DNA of 64,000 bases from Eledone cirrhosa (lineage: Eukaryota). Made by a program: the position numbers and the translations under genes. Location: positions 60,326,001-60,390,000 of the forward strand of contig OZ024746.1 in NCBI GenBank assembly GCA_964016885.1, written 5' to 3'. The notes under the pieces were generated by a model, which was given only the letters and a program-made list of their open reading frames with translations, did no database searches and was not told where the DNA came from. Below, piece after piece: positions 27,856 to 41,970 of this stretch (its first letter is position 1; each line of letters begins with the position of its first letter).

Positions 27856-30800
27856 GGGGATTTCTTTCTTCGTTTCTGTGCCTTTCCTTTCTTCTATCCT
27901 ACGCCATTTTGTTTGTGTGTGGGTTGCGTGCTCAGTTTGCGCATGCGCCACATCCGGGTGTCTGTGTGTGTTTGTGTTCATTTTTCTATTTTTCTATTTA
28001 TATTTGTTTGTTTATTTATTTATTTATTGTTGGTTGGTTGTTTGTTCTATGTGTGTGTGTGTTTTCATTTTGTCTTGTGTGTGTTTTCATTTTGTGTGTG
28101 TTTTCAATTGTAAGTTGTTTATATATGTGTGTGTGTGTTTTCATTTTGTCCTTAATTGTAAGTTGTGATGTTGCTGTTCCACTCATATTTTCTATTTAAT
28201 TTTGGTTTTAATTCTTTTATGCTTACTGCCTCTGTAATTTGCCTAAACATTGCGTCTTTCTTGTGTGTGGATTCTATTTTTATTTCTATGCTCTCTAATT
28301 TACCCCTGTGTTCTATCTTAGCATGTTGGTAGAGCACAGATGATTCTTTACTATCTTGGAGGTCTCGCCAGTGTTCATTTATTCGTTCCCCTATACTACG
28401 AGCTGTCTCACCTATGTACACTATATTTTTGTTTCTACATTGTCCCTCAGTACATCTTATGCTATATACTACATTTCTAGTTTTACAGTTAATATGGGGG
28501 CTTATTTTACAGGTTATACATTTCTTATCTATACATGAGGGTCTTTGGAACGGGTATGTCTTGCTAATAAGTGTTTTTACGGAGGTACCAGGTCTTTCTA
28601 CTATCTTAATATTGAGATTATGTTTCTTTAGGGCCCTTCTAAATTTGTAGGCTAGTTCACCTCTAGGGGTTGTACAGACACAGAAAACAAGTAATGACAG
28701 TAGCACAGAAATCAGAGAAATAAGAGAAAGTAATAGGATTAAAAGGAGTAGGGAGACTAAGGACAAAGAGAATAACCAAGACGAACACACAGACACACAA
28801 AATAGGGTAGATAACAACATTGAGCCAGTGGAAAGAGACAGGAGTAATTATGAGAGACATAGAAACAACCATGAAGCTGAGGCTGCTGCTGTTGGTGGAA
28901 ATAGAAACAACACAACTAACAATAGCGCAAGTACACATAAAGCAGCAGCCTGGAACTCTCCGTTTTATAACCCCTCCGATAAATCATTCGACCTACGACG
29001 AGTCCACGCCACGACTTTGCCATTTAACAAACGCACGCAGTTGCCGTCGCAGGTCGATGAACAAACAGAAGCACAATTTAGTATAGCTAAATCCGAACTT
29101 AGAAATATTATAGAACAGTATAGCAAGAAGCATAATAGAATAGAGGCCCAGCAACTGGGAGAAGAATCTGCAAATGGCTTGCGTAAGCTCATGCAGCGCT
29201 CGCGTAATGGAGAGATAGCATGCTTTCCAACAGACAAGTCTGGCAGAATGTCGGTTGACAGCCTGCCAAACTACATCCAGGCAATGCAACCCCACATCAC
29301 TAACACAAGAGAGGTAACACCACAGGAGCATGAGGACAGAGAAAAAACCCTCAATGCCCATATGGTGATGTGGACAAATATAATGCAGCCCAACAAAAGG
29401 ACTGCCAACAACTTCCAGGCCTGGAACAATGACGTGCCGGCGTTGTATGGGCTTCGAAAAGACCATAAAACGGGCTGGGACCCTGTCGCGGGACCACCAA
29501 CACGGCCAGTCTGTGGGGCTAACATTGCTAGTAACTACAGACTGTCCTACTTCCTCTCCCTGATCATACGCCCCATCATTGAGATGTCCCCAGATGTGTG
29601 TGACAGCACGGAGGACCTCCTCAGCAGAATCGACGCGGGTAACCGATCTGGGGACCTAACAAACTGCATAATAGGCAGTATGGATGTTGTGTCCCTGTAT
29701 CCATCTATTGACGTGGATTTTGCTGTGGAGAAATGCGTCGAAATGATCAGCGAGAGCAAGGTTGAGTTCCGTGGGATTGATACCAGTGAGCTGGGACTTC
29801 TACTTAAGCTTACCCATAGTAATAGTTACCTAGACACTTATGACCTTAGCAACCTGTGCCTACAAGACCAGCAAGAGGCAGACCACCTACCATTACCTCA
29901 ATGGCCAAGAAAACCCACACAGATAGATGGAACGGGTGGACCAGAGCCATACGGACACCCGAAAACCACGATGAACTGAAGAAAATGATTGCACATGCGG
30001 TAGGGGCCAGCATAAATTAACCCTTAAGGAACATATGTTCAAATTAATGGTAAAACATATGCCCAAGAGGAAGGAGCAGCCATTGGTGTTAGCATTGCAG
30101 GCGACATAGCTAACTTGTTCATGGTATGGTGGGACAGTAGACTTAAACAAAAACTTAAAGAACAATTAGAAGACAGATTAACCCTGATAATGTACTCCCG
30201 CTACGTAGATGATATAAACATCGTAGTTAAGACACCCCCACTAAAGAACAGTCAGGAACCTGAGAAAAACACAATGGAAAGCATCCAGCAAATAGCAAAC
30301 TCCATCCACCAGAGCATTAGAGTTACTATAGACTACCCAAGTAGACACCCCAACCATCGATTACCTGTACTAGACACAGAGCTCTGGTTAGATACTATTA
30401 ACAACCAAAAACAAATCCTCCATTCCCATTATGCCAAACCCATGACTTCCAAACATCTGATCCACCGAAACTCGGCCATTTCGGACCATACCAAAATCAA
30501 CATACTGATTGCGGATTTGATACGGGTGATGAGAAATGTGTCCCCGCATGTGCAACCCCGAAGAACTAGAGAGACACATACAACACTTCATCCACCGTAT
30601 GCAGTTCTCTGGCTACAATCAGAGAGATAGAATCAGAGTGTATAAAGGAGCCAGAACCAAATGGGAAAAAATGGTAAATAATGACATAAATGGGACCTGC
30701 CCCTTGTATAGGAGCAAATTTTGGAATAGAATAGAAAGAACTAAGAACAAGGCCAATAGAATAAACTCATGGTATGATAGCAATAAATACCAGAGTGTAA

Positions 30801-31626
30801 TGTTCATCAATACAACCCCTAGAGGTGAACTAGCCTACAATTTAGAAGGGCCCTAAAGAAACATAATCTCAATATTAAGATAGTAGAAAGACCTGGTACC
30901 TCCGTAAAAACACTTATTAGCAAGACATACCCGTTCCAAAGACCCTCATGTATAGATAAGAAATGTATAACCTGTAAAATAAGCCCCCATATTAACTGTA
31001 AAACTAGAAATGTAGTATATAGCATAAGATGTACTGAGGGACAATGTAGAAACAAAAATATAGTGTACATAGGTGAGACAGCTCGTAGTATAGGGGAACG
31101 AATAAATGAACACTGGCGAGACCTCCAAGATAGTAAAGAATCATCTGTGCTCTACCAACATGCTAAGATAGAACACAGGGGTAAATTAGAGAGCATAGAA
31201 ATAAAAATAGAATCCACACACAAGAAAGACGCAATGTTTAGGCAAATTACAGAGGCAGTAAGCATAAAAGAATTAAAACCAAATTAAATAGAAAATATGA
31301 GTGGAACAGCAACATCACAACTTACAATTAAGGACAAAATGAAAACACACACACACTATATAAACAACTTACAATTGAAAACACACACAAAATGAAAACA
31401 CACACAAGACAAAATGAAAACACACACACACATAGAACAAACAACCAACCAACAATAAATAAATAAATAAACAAACAAATATAAATAGAAAAATAGAAAA
31501 ATGAACACAAACACACACAGACACCCGGATGTGGCGCATGCGCAAACTGAGCACGCAACCCACACACAAACAAAATGGCGTAGGATAGAAGAAAGGAAAG
31601 GCACAGAAACGAAGAAAGAAATCCCC

Positions 31627-31671
31627 AGTCACTGAAGAGGTCACAGAGTGTGTGACGAAAGAACTATGACT
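31627..31671 (+). ncRNA. Minimal type I hammerhead ribozyme in PLE B pLTR
   Basis: agtca-CTGAAGA-g-gtcaca(gagtg)tgtgac-GAAA-g(aa)c-TA^tgact. Intact core, 6-bp stem II, minimal stem III, 5-bp stem I (agtca/tgact). Confidence 0.85.
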
Positions 31672-31888
31672 ATATATATATAAACAACTATCTGGTTGTG
31701 GAACCAACCAACCAACCAGAAATTTATAAATTTGTAAATTTATAAATATATATTAAATTAAATTGAAGTGAAAGCAACTGGTGCGGTGTTTCTTATGGCA
31801 ACATGACCCTCCCAAAGCATAACAATATCGGTTTCAACACACGATTTCAGATAAAGAATCTTGCTAAACAAATCAGAAACGAAATATG

Positions 31889-31938
<50 letters not shown>

Positions 31939-31952
31939 TATGTATGTATATA

Positions 31953-31999
<47 letters not shown>

Positions 32000-32278
32000 A
32001 CATATATGTATGTATATATATATGTATGTATATATATATGTATGTATATATATATGTATGTATGTATATATATATATATGTATGTATATATATATATATG
32101 TATATATATATATGTATGTATATATATATATGTATGTATATATATATATGTATGTATATATATATATGTATGTATATATATATATGTATGTATATATATA
32201 TATGTATGTATATATATATATATGTATGTATATATATATATGTATGTATATATATATATGTATGTATATATATATATG

Positions 32279-32327
<49 letters not shown>

Positions 32328-32680
32328 GTTATATATATATATATATATGTATATGTATGTATGTATGTATATGTATGTATGTATATATAGTGTATATGTA
32401 TGTATGTATATATGTATGTATGTATATATGTATGTATGTATGTTTGTATGTATGTATGTATGTATGTATATATGTATGTATGTATATATGTATGTATGTA
32501 TATATGTATGTATATATATATGTATGTATGTATATATATGTATATATATATGTATATATATATATATATGTATATATATATGTTGTATGTATATATATAT
32601 ATTATATGTATATATGTATATATATATGTATATATATATGTATATATATATGTATATATATATATATGTATATATATATG

Positions 32681-32921
<241 letters not shown>

Positions 32922-32937
32922 GTATATATATATATTG

Positions 32938-33032
<95 letters not shown>

Positions 33033-33049
33033 GTAAATATATATATATG

Positions 33050-33146
<97 letters not shown>

Positions 33147-33232
33147 GTATGTATATGTATATATATATGTATATGTATATATATATGTATATGTATATAT
33201 ATATGTATATGTATATATATATGTATATGTAT

Positions 33233-33264
<32 letters not shown>

Positions 33265-33280
33265 GTATGTATATGTATAT

Positions 33281-33319
<39 letters not shown>

Positions 33320-33327
33320 CATATATG

Positions 33328-33365
<38 letters not shown>

Positions 33366-33449
33366 CATATATGTATATATACTTATATGTATATATACAT
33401 ATATGTAGTATATATATATATGTATATATATATGTATATATATATGTAT

Positions 33450-34065
33450 ATCATCATCATCATCATCATCATCATCAGGTTTAGCGTCCGTGTTCCACGC
33501 TTGCATGGGTTTGGACGGGGGTTTCCCACTTGAGGCAAGAGTGGTTGTCTTGCTCGCATAGGACTGTCTGGCGGGTTTTCTACAGTTGGATGCCCTTCCT
33601 AACACCAACCACATTTACAGTGTGGGGCTGAGAGGTTTTTACCGTGTTGCCTACACGGCCACATTACAGCGTGGACTGTCTGGCGGGTTTTCTACAGCTG
33701 GATGCCTTCCTAATACCAACCACATTTACAGTGTGGGGCTGGGAGGTTTTTACCGTGTTGCCTACACGGCCACATTTACAGCGTGGACTGTGTGTTTTTT
33801 TGTCGTGACACCTACACGATCTCATTTGTTTCGGCCTGGATGTTGTGGCACCAACATAACTTTACATTGAAAGGGGCGGTGTGGGTGGGTGGAGGTGGTG
33901 GGACGGGGGTGTGTTTTGATAGAGATGCCTACTGACTGTAGTAGGTTTTTACTTTGTATTTAGGTAAGGCGGGTCTTCTCTATTACTGAGTACCGCCAAA
34001 GGTCTCGGTCCAGTGACATTGTCTTGGAGAGGTGTAAGCGTGTGAGGTCGGAATTTATCAGCTCG
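33450..34065 (-). mobile_element. RTE 3' fragment, same family as 22558-25735, with ~112-bp internal tandem duplication
   Basis: Closely matches 22558-23053. ggactgtctggcgggttttctacag recurs at 33561 and 33673. Confidence 0.88.
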
Positions 34066-34074
34066 ATGTATATG

Positions 34075-34155
<81 letters not shown>

Positions 34156-34168
34156 GTATATATATATG

Positions 34169-34222
<54 letters not shown>

Positions 34223-34249
34223 ATAAAAAATTGAACAGGGACAGATGTA

Positions 34250-34284
<35 letters not shown>

Positions 34285-34456
34285 TGTATGTATATTATAC
34301 ATATGTATGTACATATATGTATGTATAATATGTATGTATATATATATATATGTATGTATATATATATGTATGTATATGTATATATATGTATGTATATGTA
34401 TGTGTATGTATGTATATGTATGTATATATACATATATGTATGTATATATGTATATG

Positions 34457-34488
<32 letters not shown>

Positions 34489-34592
34489 TATATGTACATA
34501 TATATGTATGTATATGTATATGTATGTATATGTATGTATATATACATATATGTATGTATATATATATATGTATGTATATATATATATATATG

Positions 34593-34630
<38 letters not shown>

Positions 34631-34632
34631 TG

Positions 34633-34700
<68 letters not shown>

Positions 34701-35305
34701 TGTATGTATATGTATATATATATGTATGTATATCTATAGTATGTATATCTATATATGTATGTATATTCTTATATATGTATGTATATCTATATATGTATAT
34801 ATATATGTATGTATATGTATATATATATATATGTATGTATATATATATGTATGTATATGTATATATATATATGTATGTATATATATATGTATATATATAT
34901 GTATGTATATATATATGTATATATATATGTATATATATATATATATGTATATATATATGTATGTATATATATATGTATGTATATATATATGTATATATAT
35001 ATATATATGTATATATATATGTATGTATATATATATATGTATATATGTATATATATATGTATGTATATATATATGTATATATGTATATATGTATATATGT
35101 ATGTATATATGTATGTATATATATATGTATATATATGTATATATATATATATGTATGTATATATATATGTATATGTATGTATATATATATGTATATGTAT
35201 ATGTATGTATATATATATGTATAGTATATATGTATGTATATATTATATGTATATATATATATATGTATGTATATATATATGTATATATATATATATATAT
35301 GTATG

Positions 35306-35336
<31 letters not shown>

Positions 35337-35583
35337 GTATGTATATATATATGTATATATATATATATATATGTATGTATATATATATGTATGTATATAT
35401 ATATGTATGTATATATATATGTATGTATATATATATGTATGTATATATATATGTATGTATATATATATGTATGTATATATATATGTATGTATATATATAT
35501 GTATATATATATATGTATGTATATATATATGTATATATATATATATGTATGTATATATATATGTATATATATATATATGTATG

Positions 35584-35635
<52 letters not shown>

Positions 35636-35827
35636 TATATATATGTATGTATATATATATATGTATATATATATATATGTATGTATATATGTATATATAT
35701 ATATATGTATGTATATATGTATATATATATATGTATGTATGTATATATGTATGTATATATGTATGTATATATATATGTATATATATATGTATATATATAT
35801 ATGTATATATATATGTATATATATATG

Positions 35828-35864
<37 letters not shown>

Positions 35865-35992
35865 GTATGTATATATATGGTATGTATATATATATGTATA
35901 TATATATATGTATGTATATATATATGTATGTATATATATATGTATGTATATATATATGTATATATATATATGTATGTATATATATATGTATG

Positions 35993-36032
<40 letters not shown>

Positions 36033-36180
36033 TATATGTATGTATATATATATGTATGTATATATATATGTATGTATGTATATATATGTATGTATGTATA
36101 TAGATATATGTATGTATATATATATGTATGTATATATATATGTATGTATATATATATGTGTATATATATATGTATATATA

Positions 36181-36562
36181 TGTTTTCTCTTTCTCTTAAT
36201 TTCCAGTATATTTTTTTGACCGGCCACCTTCCTGGTGCAAGGTGTAAAAGAAAAGAAATTGTCATCCCTTGAATCGCAAGAATGTTTTGCATATTTTGAA
36301 GGTGCCAGCTATCGCAGCCATTTGTAGACTATGAATTAGGGAGCTGCGCTTTTTGTCCGCAAAATCCAAGTTCGGTCATACTTTGGTCCAAGCGGGTTGG
36401 GTATATAACCCGTAGCACCAATAATGATGGGTATGAGCTAAAGGTGTATCTTGGATACTGGATTTGTAAGCTCCTCATCAATGTCCGTAGATGTCCTCCT
36501 TCTCCTGTATTTTCTGACAACGTTTACATCAAGTGGGCAGCTGATCTCCACAACAGAACACG
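36181..36562 (-). mobile_element. 3' fragment of an RLE-clade (R4/Dong-like) non-LTR element
   Basis: Across frameshifts it reads [34 protein letters not shown]...PIIIGATGYIP...ELGF...[17 protein letters not shown]-stop, plus a short 3'UTR abutting TA repeat. This is the typical restriction-like endonuclease C-terminus. Confidence 0.72.
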
Positions 36563-36635
36563 TTATATATATATGTATGTATATATATATGTATGTATAT
36601 ATATATGTGTATATATATATGTGTATATATATATG

Positions 36636-36668
<33 letters not shown>

Positions 36669-36701
36669 GTATATATATAATATATATGTATATATAATAT
36701 G

Positions 36702-36750
<49 letters not shown>

Positions 36751-36768
36751 GTATTATATATATATATG

Positions 36769-36817
<49 letters not shown>

Positions 36818-37403
36818 TGTATATATATATATGTATATATATATATGTATATATATATGTATATATATGTGTATATATATGTATATATATATGTATATAT
36901 ATATGTATATATATATGTATATATATATATATGTGTATATGTATATATATATATGTGTATATGTATATATAATATATGTGTATATGTATATATATATATG
37001 TGTATATGTGTATATATGTGTGTGTATATATATGTATATATGTGTGTGTATATATATGTATATATGTTGTGTGTATATATATGTATATATATGTGTGTAT
37101 ATATATGTATATGTGTGTATATATATGTATATGTGTATATATATGTATATGTGTGTATATATATGTATATATGTGTATATATGTATATATGTGTATATAT
37201 ATGTATATATGTGTATATATATGTATATATGTGTATATATATATAAGTATATATATATATGTATATATATATATGTATATATATATATGTGTATATATAT
37301 GTATATATATATGTGTATATATATGTATATATATATGTGTATATATATGTGTATATATATGTATATATATATATGTATATGTCAGGTCACCAGTAGGTGT
37401 ATA

Positions 37404-38007
37404 TGTCAGGTCACCAGTTGGTGCTACTGGTAACATGTATCCCAGTACAACCTGTCTCATGGTCGGGTCGTTGGCGACTAAACTGGCAACCCCACCAAGG
37501 TTTCTTGGTGAGAAGGGTGACTTTGGACATCCTGCAGGACTAAAAACAAAACCTGTCAAAGAGCAAAGGAGCTCTTAAGAGTCAATGGCCATCCAAAATA
37601 TCCGGGAGAGATGACCCCTTAGCCTTTGTCAAGGCAGAATTCTAGAAGGAAAATTCTGATATAACACCTGCAACCCTGATGGTATCTAATGTTGACTTGT
37701 TCTTCTTTTTGGTAAATATCATCTTGGTTAAGAGAGTGGGACTGGCTTTGTGCAGTGCCTTTGCTCACTATAAAAGCTTCACGGCACAGGCATTGCTTTA
37801 TATCTGGAGATCTCTCTGCACTTGTCATCACCTGGTACCATGGGCCCAGCACTATGTGTCAGTAATTGTCACAAGTGTAATGTTTATACCAGAGTTTTCA
37901 AGTCGCTGGCTCGACTAAAAAGTCACACTTGTTCAGCGCATCAGTAGGGGTTCTCCTACATGGATATAAAGTAGTGGCCGTACTCGAAAACAAGTTGGCA
38001 GCCACCA
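37404..38007 (+). mobile_element. Short non-autonomous LINE-derived element, copy 1
   Basis: ~600 bp, near-identical to 38122-38731. The 3' part encodes a degenerate C2H2 finger and ends in ...ggcagccacc+(AT)n. Confidence 0.65.
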
Positions 38008-38121
38008 TATATGTATGTATGTATATATATGTATATATATGTGTATATATATATGTATGTGTGTATGTATATGTGTATGTATTTATTTATGTATGTTTGT
38101 GTGTATATATTTATGTATGTA

Positions 38122-38731
38122 TGTCAGGTCACCAGTTGGTGCTACTGGTAACATGTATGCCAGTACAACCTGTCTCATGGTTGGGTCGTTGGTGACTAAA
38201 CTGGCAACCCCACCAAGGTTTCTTGGTGAGGAGGGTGACTTTGGACATCCTGCAGGACTAAAAACAAAACCTGTCAAAGGGCAAAGGAGCTCTTAAGAGT
38301 CAATGGCCATCCAAAATCACCGGGAGAGATGACCCCTTAGCCTTTCTCAAGGCAGAATTCTAGGAGAAGGAAAACTCTTATATAACACCTGCAACTCTGA
38401 TGGTATCCAATGATGTTGACTTGTTCTTCTTTTTGGTAAATATCATCTTGGTTAAGAGAGTGGGACTGGCTTTGTGCAATGCTTTTGCTCACTATAAAAG
38501 CTTCACGGCACAGGCATTGCTTTATGTCTGGAGATCTCTCTGCACTTGTCGTCACATGGTACCATGGGCCCAGCACTATGTGTCAATAATTGTCACAAGT
38601 GTAATGTTTGTACCAGAGTTTTCAAGTCGCTGGCTGGACTAAAAAGTCACACTCGTTCAGCGCATCGGTACGAGTTCTCCTACATGGATATAAAGTAGTG
38701 GCCATACTCGAAAACGTGTTGGCAGCCACCA
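38122..38731 (+). mobile_element. Short non-autonomous LINE-derived element, copy 2
   Basis: The 3' part reads [22 protein letters not shown], a C-terminal finger of the type seen in RTE-group LINEs. Terminus tggccatactcgaaaacg..ggcagccacc. Confidence 0.65.
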
Positions 38732-38743
38732 TATATATATGTA

Positions 38744-39085
38744 TCATTTTCATCATCATTTCATTTACGTCCGCTTTTTCCCTGCTTGCAAGGGTGGGAC
38801 GGGAACTGATTCTGGCTTGATTTCTACAGCTGGATGCCCTTCCTAACACCAACCTCATTTACAGTGAGTGCTGGGTGCTTTTTTGCCGTGGCACCTCCAC
38901 GACCACTTTGCAGTGGAATGATATGAACCCCAGTCCTATCATCTCATTTCTACAGCTGAGTAAACTGGAGCAATGTGAAATAAAGTGTCTTGCTCAAGGA
39001 AACAACACATCACCCGGTCTGAGAATTGAACTCACAACCTTTCGATTGCAAGGCCAATGCTCTAACCACTAAGCCATGTGCCTCC
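38744..39085 (-). mobile_element. tRNA/CORE-type SINE copy
   Basis: Reverse complement of 43707-44043, near-identical. Confidence 0.88.
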
Positions 39086-39462
39086 ATGTATATATATATG
39101 TATATATATATGTGTATATATATGTATATATATGTATATATATATGTGTATATATATGTATATATATATATATATGTGTATATATATGTATATATATATG
39201 TATGTGTATATATATGTATATATATATGTATGTATATATATATATATGTATGTATATATATATATGTATATATATATATGTATATATATATGTATATATA
39301 TATGTATATATATATGTATGTATATATATATATGTATATGTATATATATGTATGTATATATATATATGTATGTATATGTATACGTATATGTATATATGTA
39401 TATGTATATGTATATATGTATACGTGTATATGTATACGTGTATATGTATACGTGTATATGTA

Positions 39463-39503
<41 letters not shown>

Positions 39504-39696
39504 GTATATATATATGTATATATGTATATATATATATGTATATATATATATGTATATATGTATATATATATATGTATATATGTATATATATATGTATATA
39601 TGTATATATATATGTATATATATATGTATATATGTATATATATATGTATATATGTATATATATATGTATATATGTATATATGTATATATATATGTA

Positions 39697-39733
<37 letters not shown>

Positions 39734-39944
39734 GTATATATATATATGTATATATATATATGTATATATATATGTATATATATATATGTATATATATATG
39801 TATATATATATGTATATATATATGTATATATATATGTATATATATATGTATATATATATGTATATATATATGTATATATATATGTATATATATATGTATA
39901 TATATATGTATATATATATGTATATATATATGTATATATATATG

Positions 39945-39991
<47 letters not shown>

Positions 39992-40068
39992 GTATATGTA
40001 TATATGTGTATATATATATGTATATATATATGTATATATATATGTATATATATATGTATATATATATG

Positions 40069-40167
<99 letters not shown>

Positions 40168-40792
40168 GTGTATATATATATGTATATATATATATATATA
40201 TGTGTATATATATATGTGTATATATGTATATATATGTATATATATATATATGTGTATATATATGTATATATATATATATGTGTATATATGTGTATATATA
40301 TATATATATATATGTGTATATATATATGTATGTATATATATATGTATATTTATATATGTATATATATATATGTATGTATATATATATGTATATTTATATA
40401 TGTATATATATATATGTGTATATATATATATGTGTATATATATATATGTGTATAAGTATATATGTGTATATATATATATGTGTATATATATATATGTGTA
40501 TATATATATGTATATATATATATGTGTATATATATATATGTGTATATATATATATGTGTATATATATATATGTGTATATATATATATGTGTATATATATA
40601 TGTGTATATATATATGTATATATATATATGTGTATATATATATATGTGTATATATATATATGTGTATATATATATATGTGTATATATATATGTGTATATA
40701 TATATGCGTATATATATATATGCGTATATATATATATGCGTATATATATATGTGTATGTGTATATGTGTATGTGTATATGTATATATATATG

Positions 40793-40834
<42 letters not shown>

Positions 40835-40852
40835 TAGATGATGATGATTGTC

Positions 40853-41197
40853 GTCACCATCACCATCATCACCATTTTACGTCCGCTTTTCCCTGCTTGC
40901 AAGGGTGGGACGGGAACTGATTCTGGCTTGATTTCTACAGCTGGATGCCCTTCCTAACACCAACCTCATCTACAGTGAGTGCTGGGTGCTTTTTTGTCAT
41001 GTCATCTCCATGACCACTTTGCAGTGGAATGATATGAACCCCAGTCCCTATCATCTCATTTCTACAGCTGAGTAAACTGGAGCAATGTGAAATAAAGTGT
41101 CTTGCTCAAGGAAACAACACATCACCCGGTCTGAGAATTGAACTCACAACCTTTCGATTACAAGGCCAATGCTCTAACCACTAAGCCATGTGCCTCC
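40853..41197 (-). mobile_element. tRNA/CORE-type SINE copy
   Basis: Reverse complement of 43707-44043 with a few substitutions. Confidence 0.88.
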
Positions 41198-41970
41198 ATA
41201 TATATATATATTTATTATTCCATTATGAAAAAGTACACCATATCACTGTCATATTAGGTGAGCTAAATGGTTGCTGCTGGGGTGGTGACTGTAAAACATT
41301 ACCTCAAAAAGTCTCCTCCAATCTACACCTGTATGGAAGGCAGAGGTATAAAAATGATAACAATAGCAATATATGTATATTGTATAAAGCCATGTAATCA
41401 TGGAAAAAAGGGATTAAAATGATGATATTAATGTTATTTTGTAGATATATAGGTATAACAATGACAATTGTTTACTCATATGGTGACTCCATACTTGTGT
41501 TAGTCTCATGACAACTAAAGCTACAACCTAACATTAATCTCATAAGGTTTCTTGGCTGCTTTGATGATTGTGGTCCTATTCCTATCCTGAAAAGCAGCAT
41601 AAAGTAAAGTATTTTGCTCCAAAATACAATGCACTGTTCAAGTCCAGGAATCAAACCCATGACCTTTATGATTAGGAGTCCAACACTCTAACCACTAGAC
41701 CACATGACTTCACAATAACTAATTGTTTCTATGTTTGGCTCTAGGCCAGCAATTACTCCAGTGCTTTGCTGGTGCTTTATTTTATCGACCCTGTAAGGAT
41801 GAAAGGCAAAGTTAACCTTGGCGGGATTTGAACTCAGAACGTAAAGGGTCATAACTCCATGCTGCAAAGCATGGTGTCTGACACTCTACCAATACTGCCA
41901 ATCCACTGCCCTTCACAATAACTATAATAATGATAAATAACAAAATATTATTTGATGTAACAAAAATGAA

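Larger units (their letters stand above)
27652..31887 (+). mobile_element. Penelope-like retroelement B (Naiad-type), RT + GIY-YIG, with ~1 kb inverted arm
   Basis: Frame open from the junction at 28675 to the stop at 31331, interrupted by about six 1-nt indels. Motifs: FDLRRVHATTLPFNKRTQLP, PTDKSGRM, GSMDVVSLYPSI, QEEGAAIG, RYVDD, GIY-YIG YIGETARS. 27652-28674 is the reverse complement of ~30811-31828. Confidence 0.92.

Noticed and set aside
28675-31331. Selenoprotein-type Naiad (in-frame UGA + SECIS), known for some members of this clade
   Set aside because: No in-frame TGA was seen in the repaired frames of either element, and no convincing SECIS. The missing N-terminal portions cannot be assessed.
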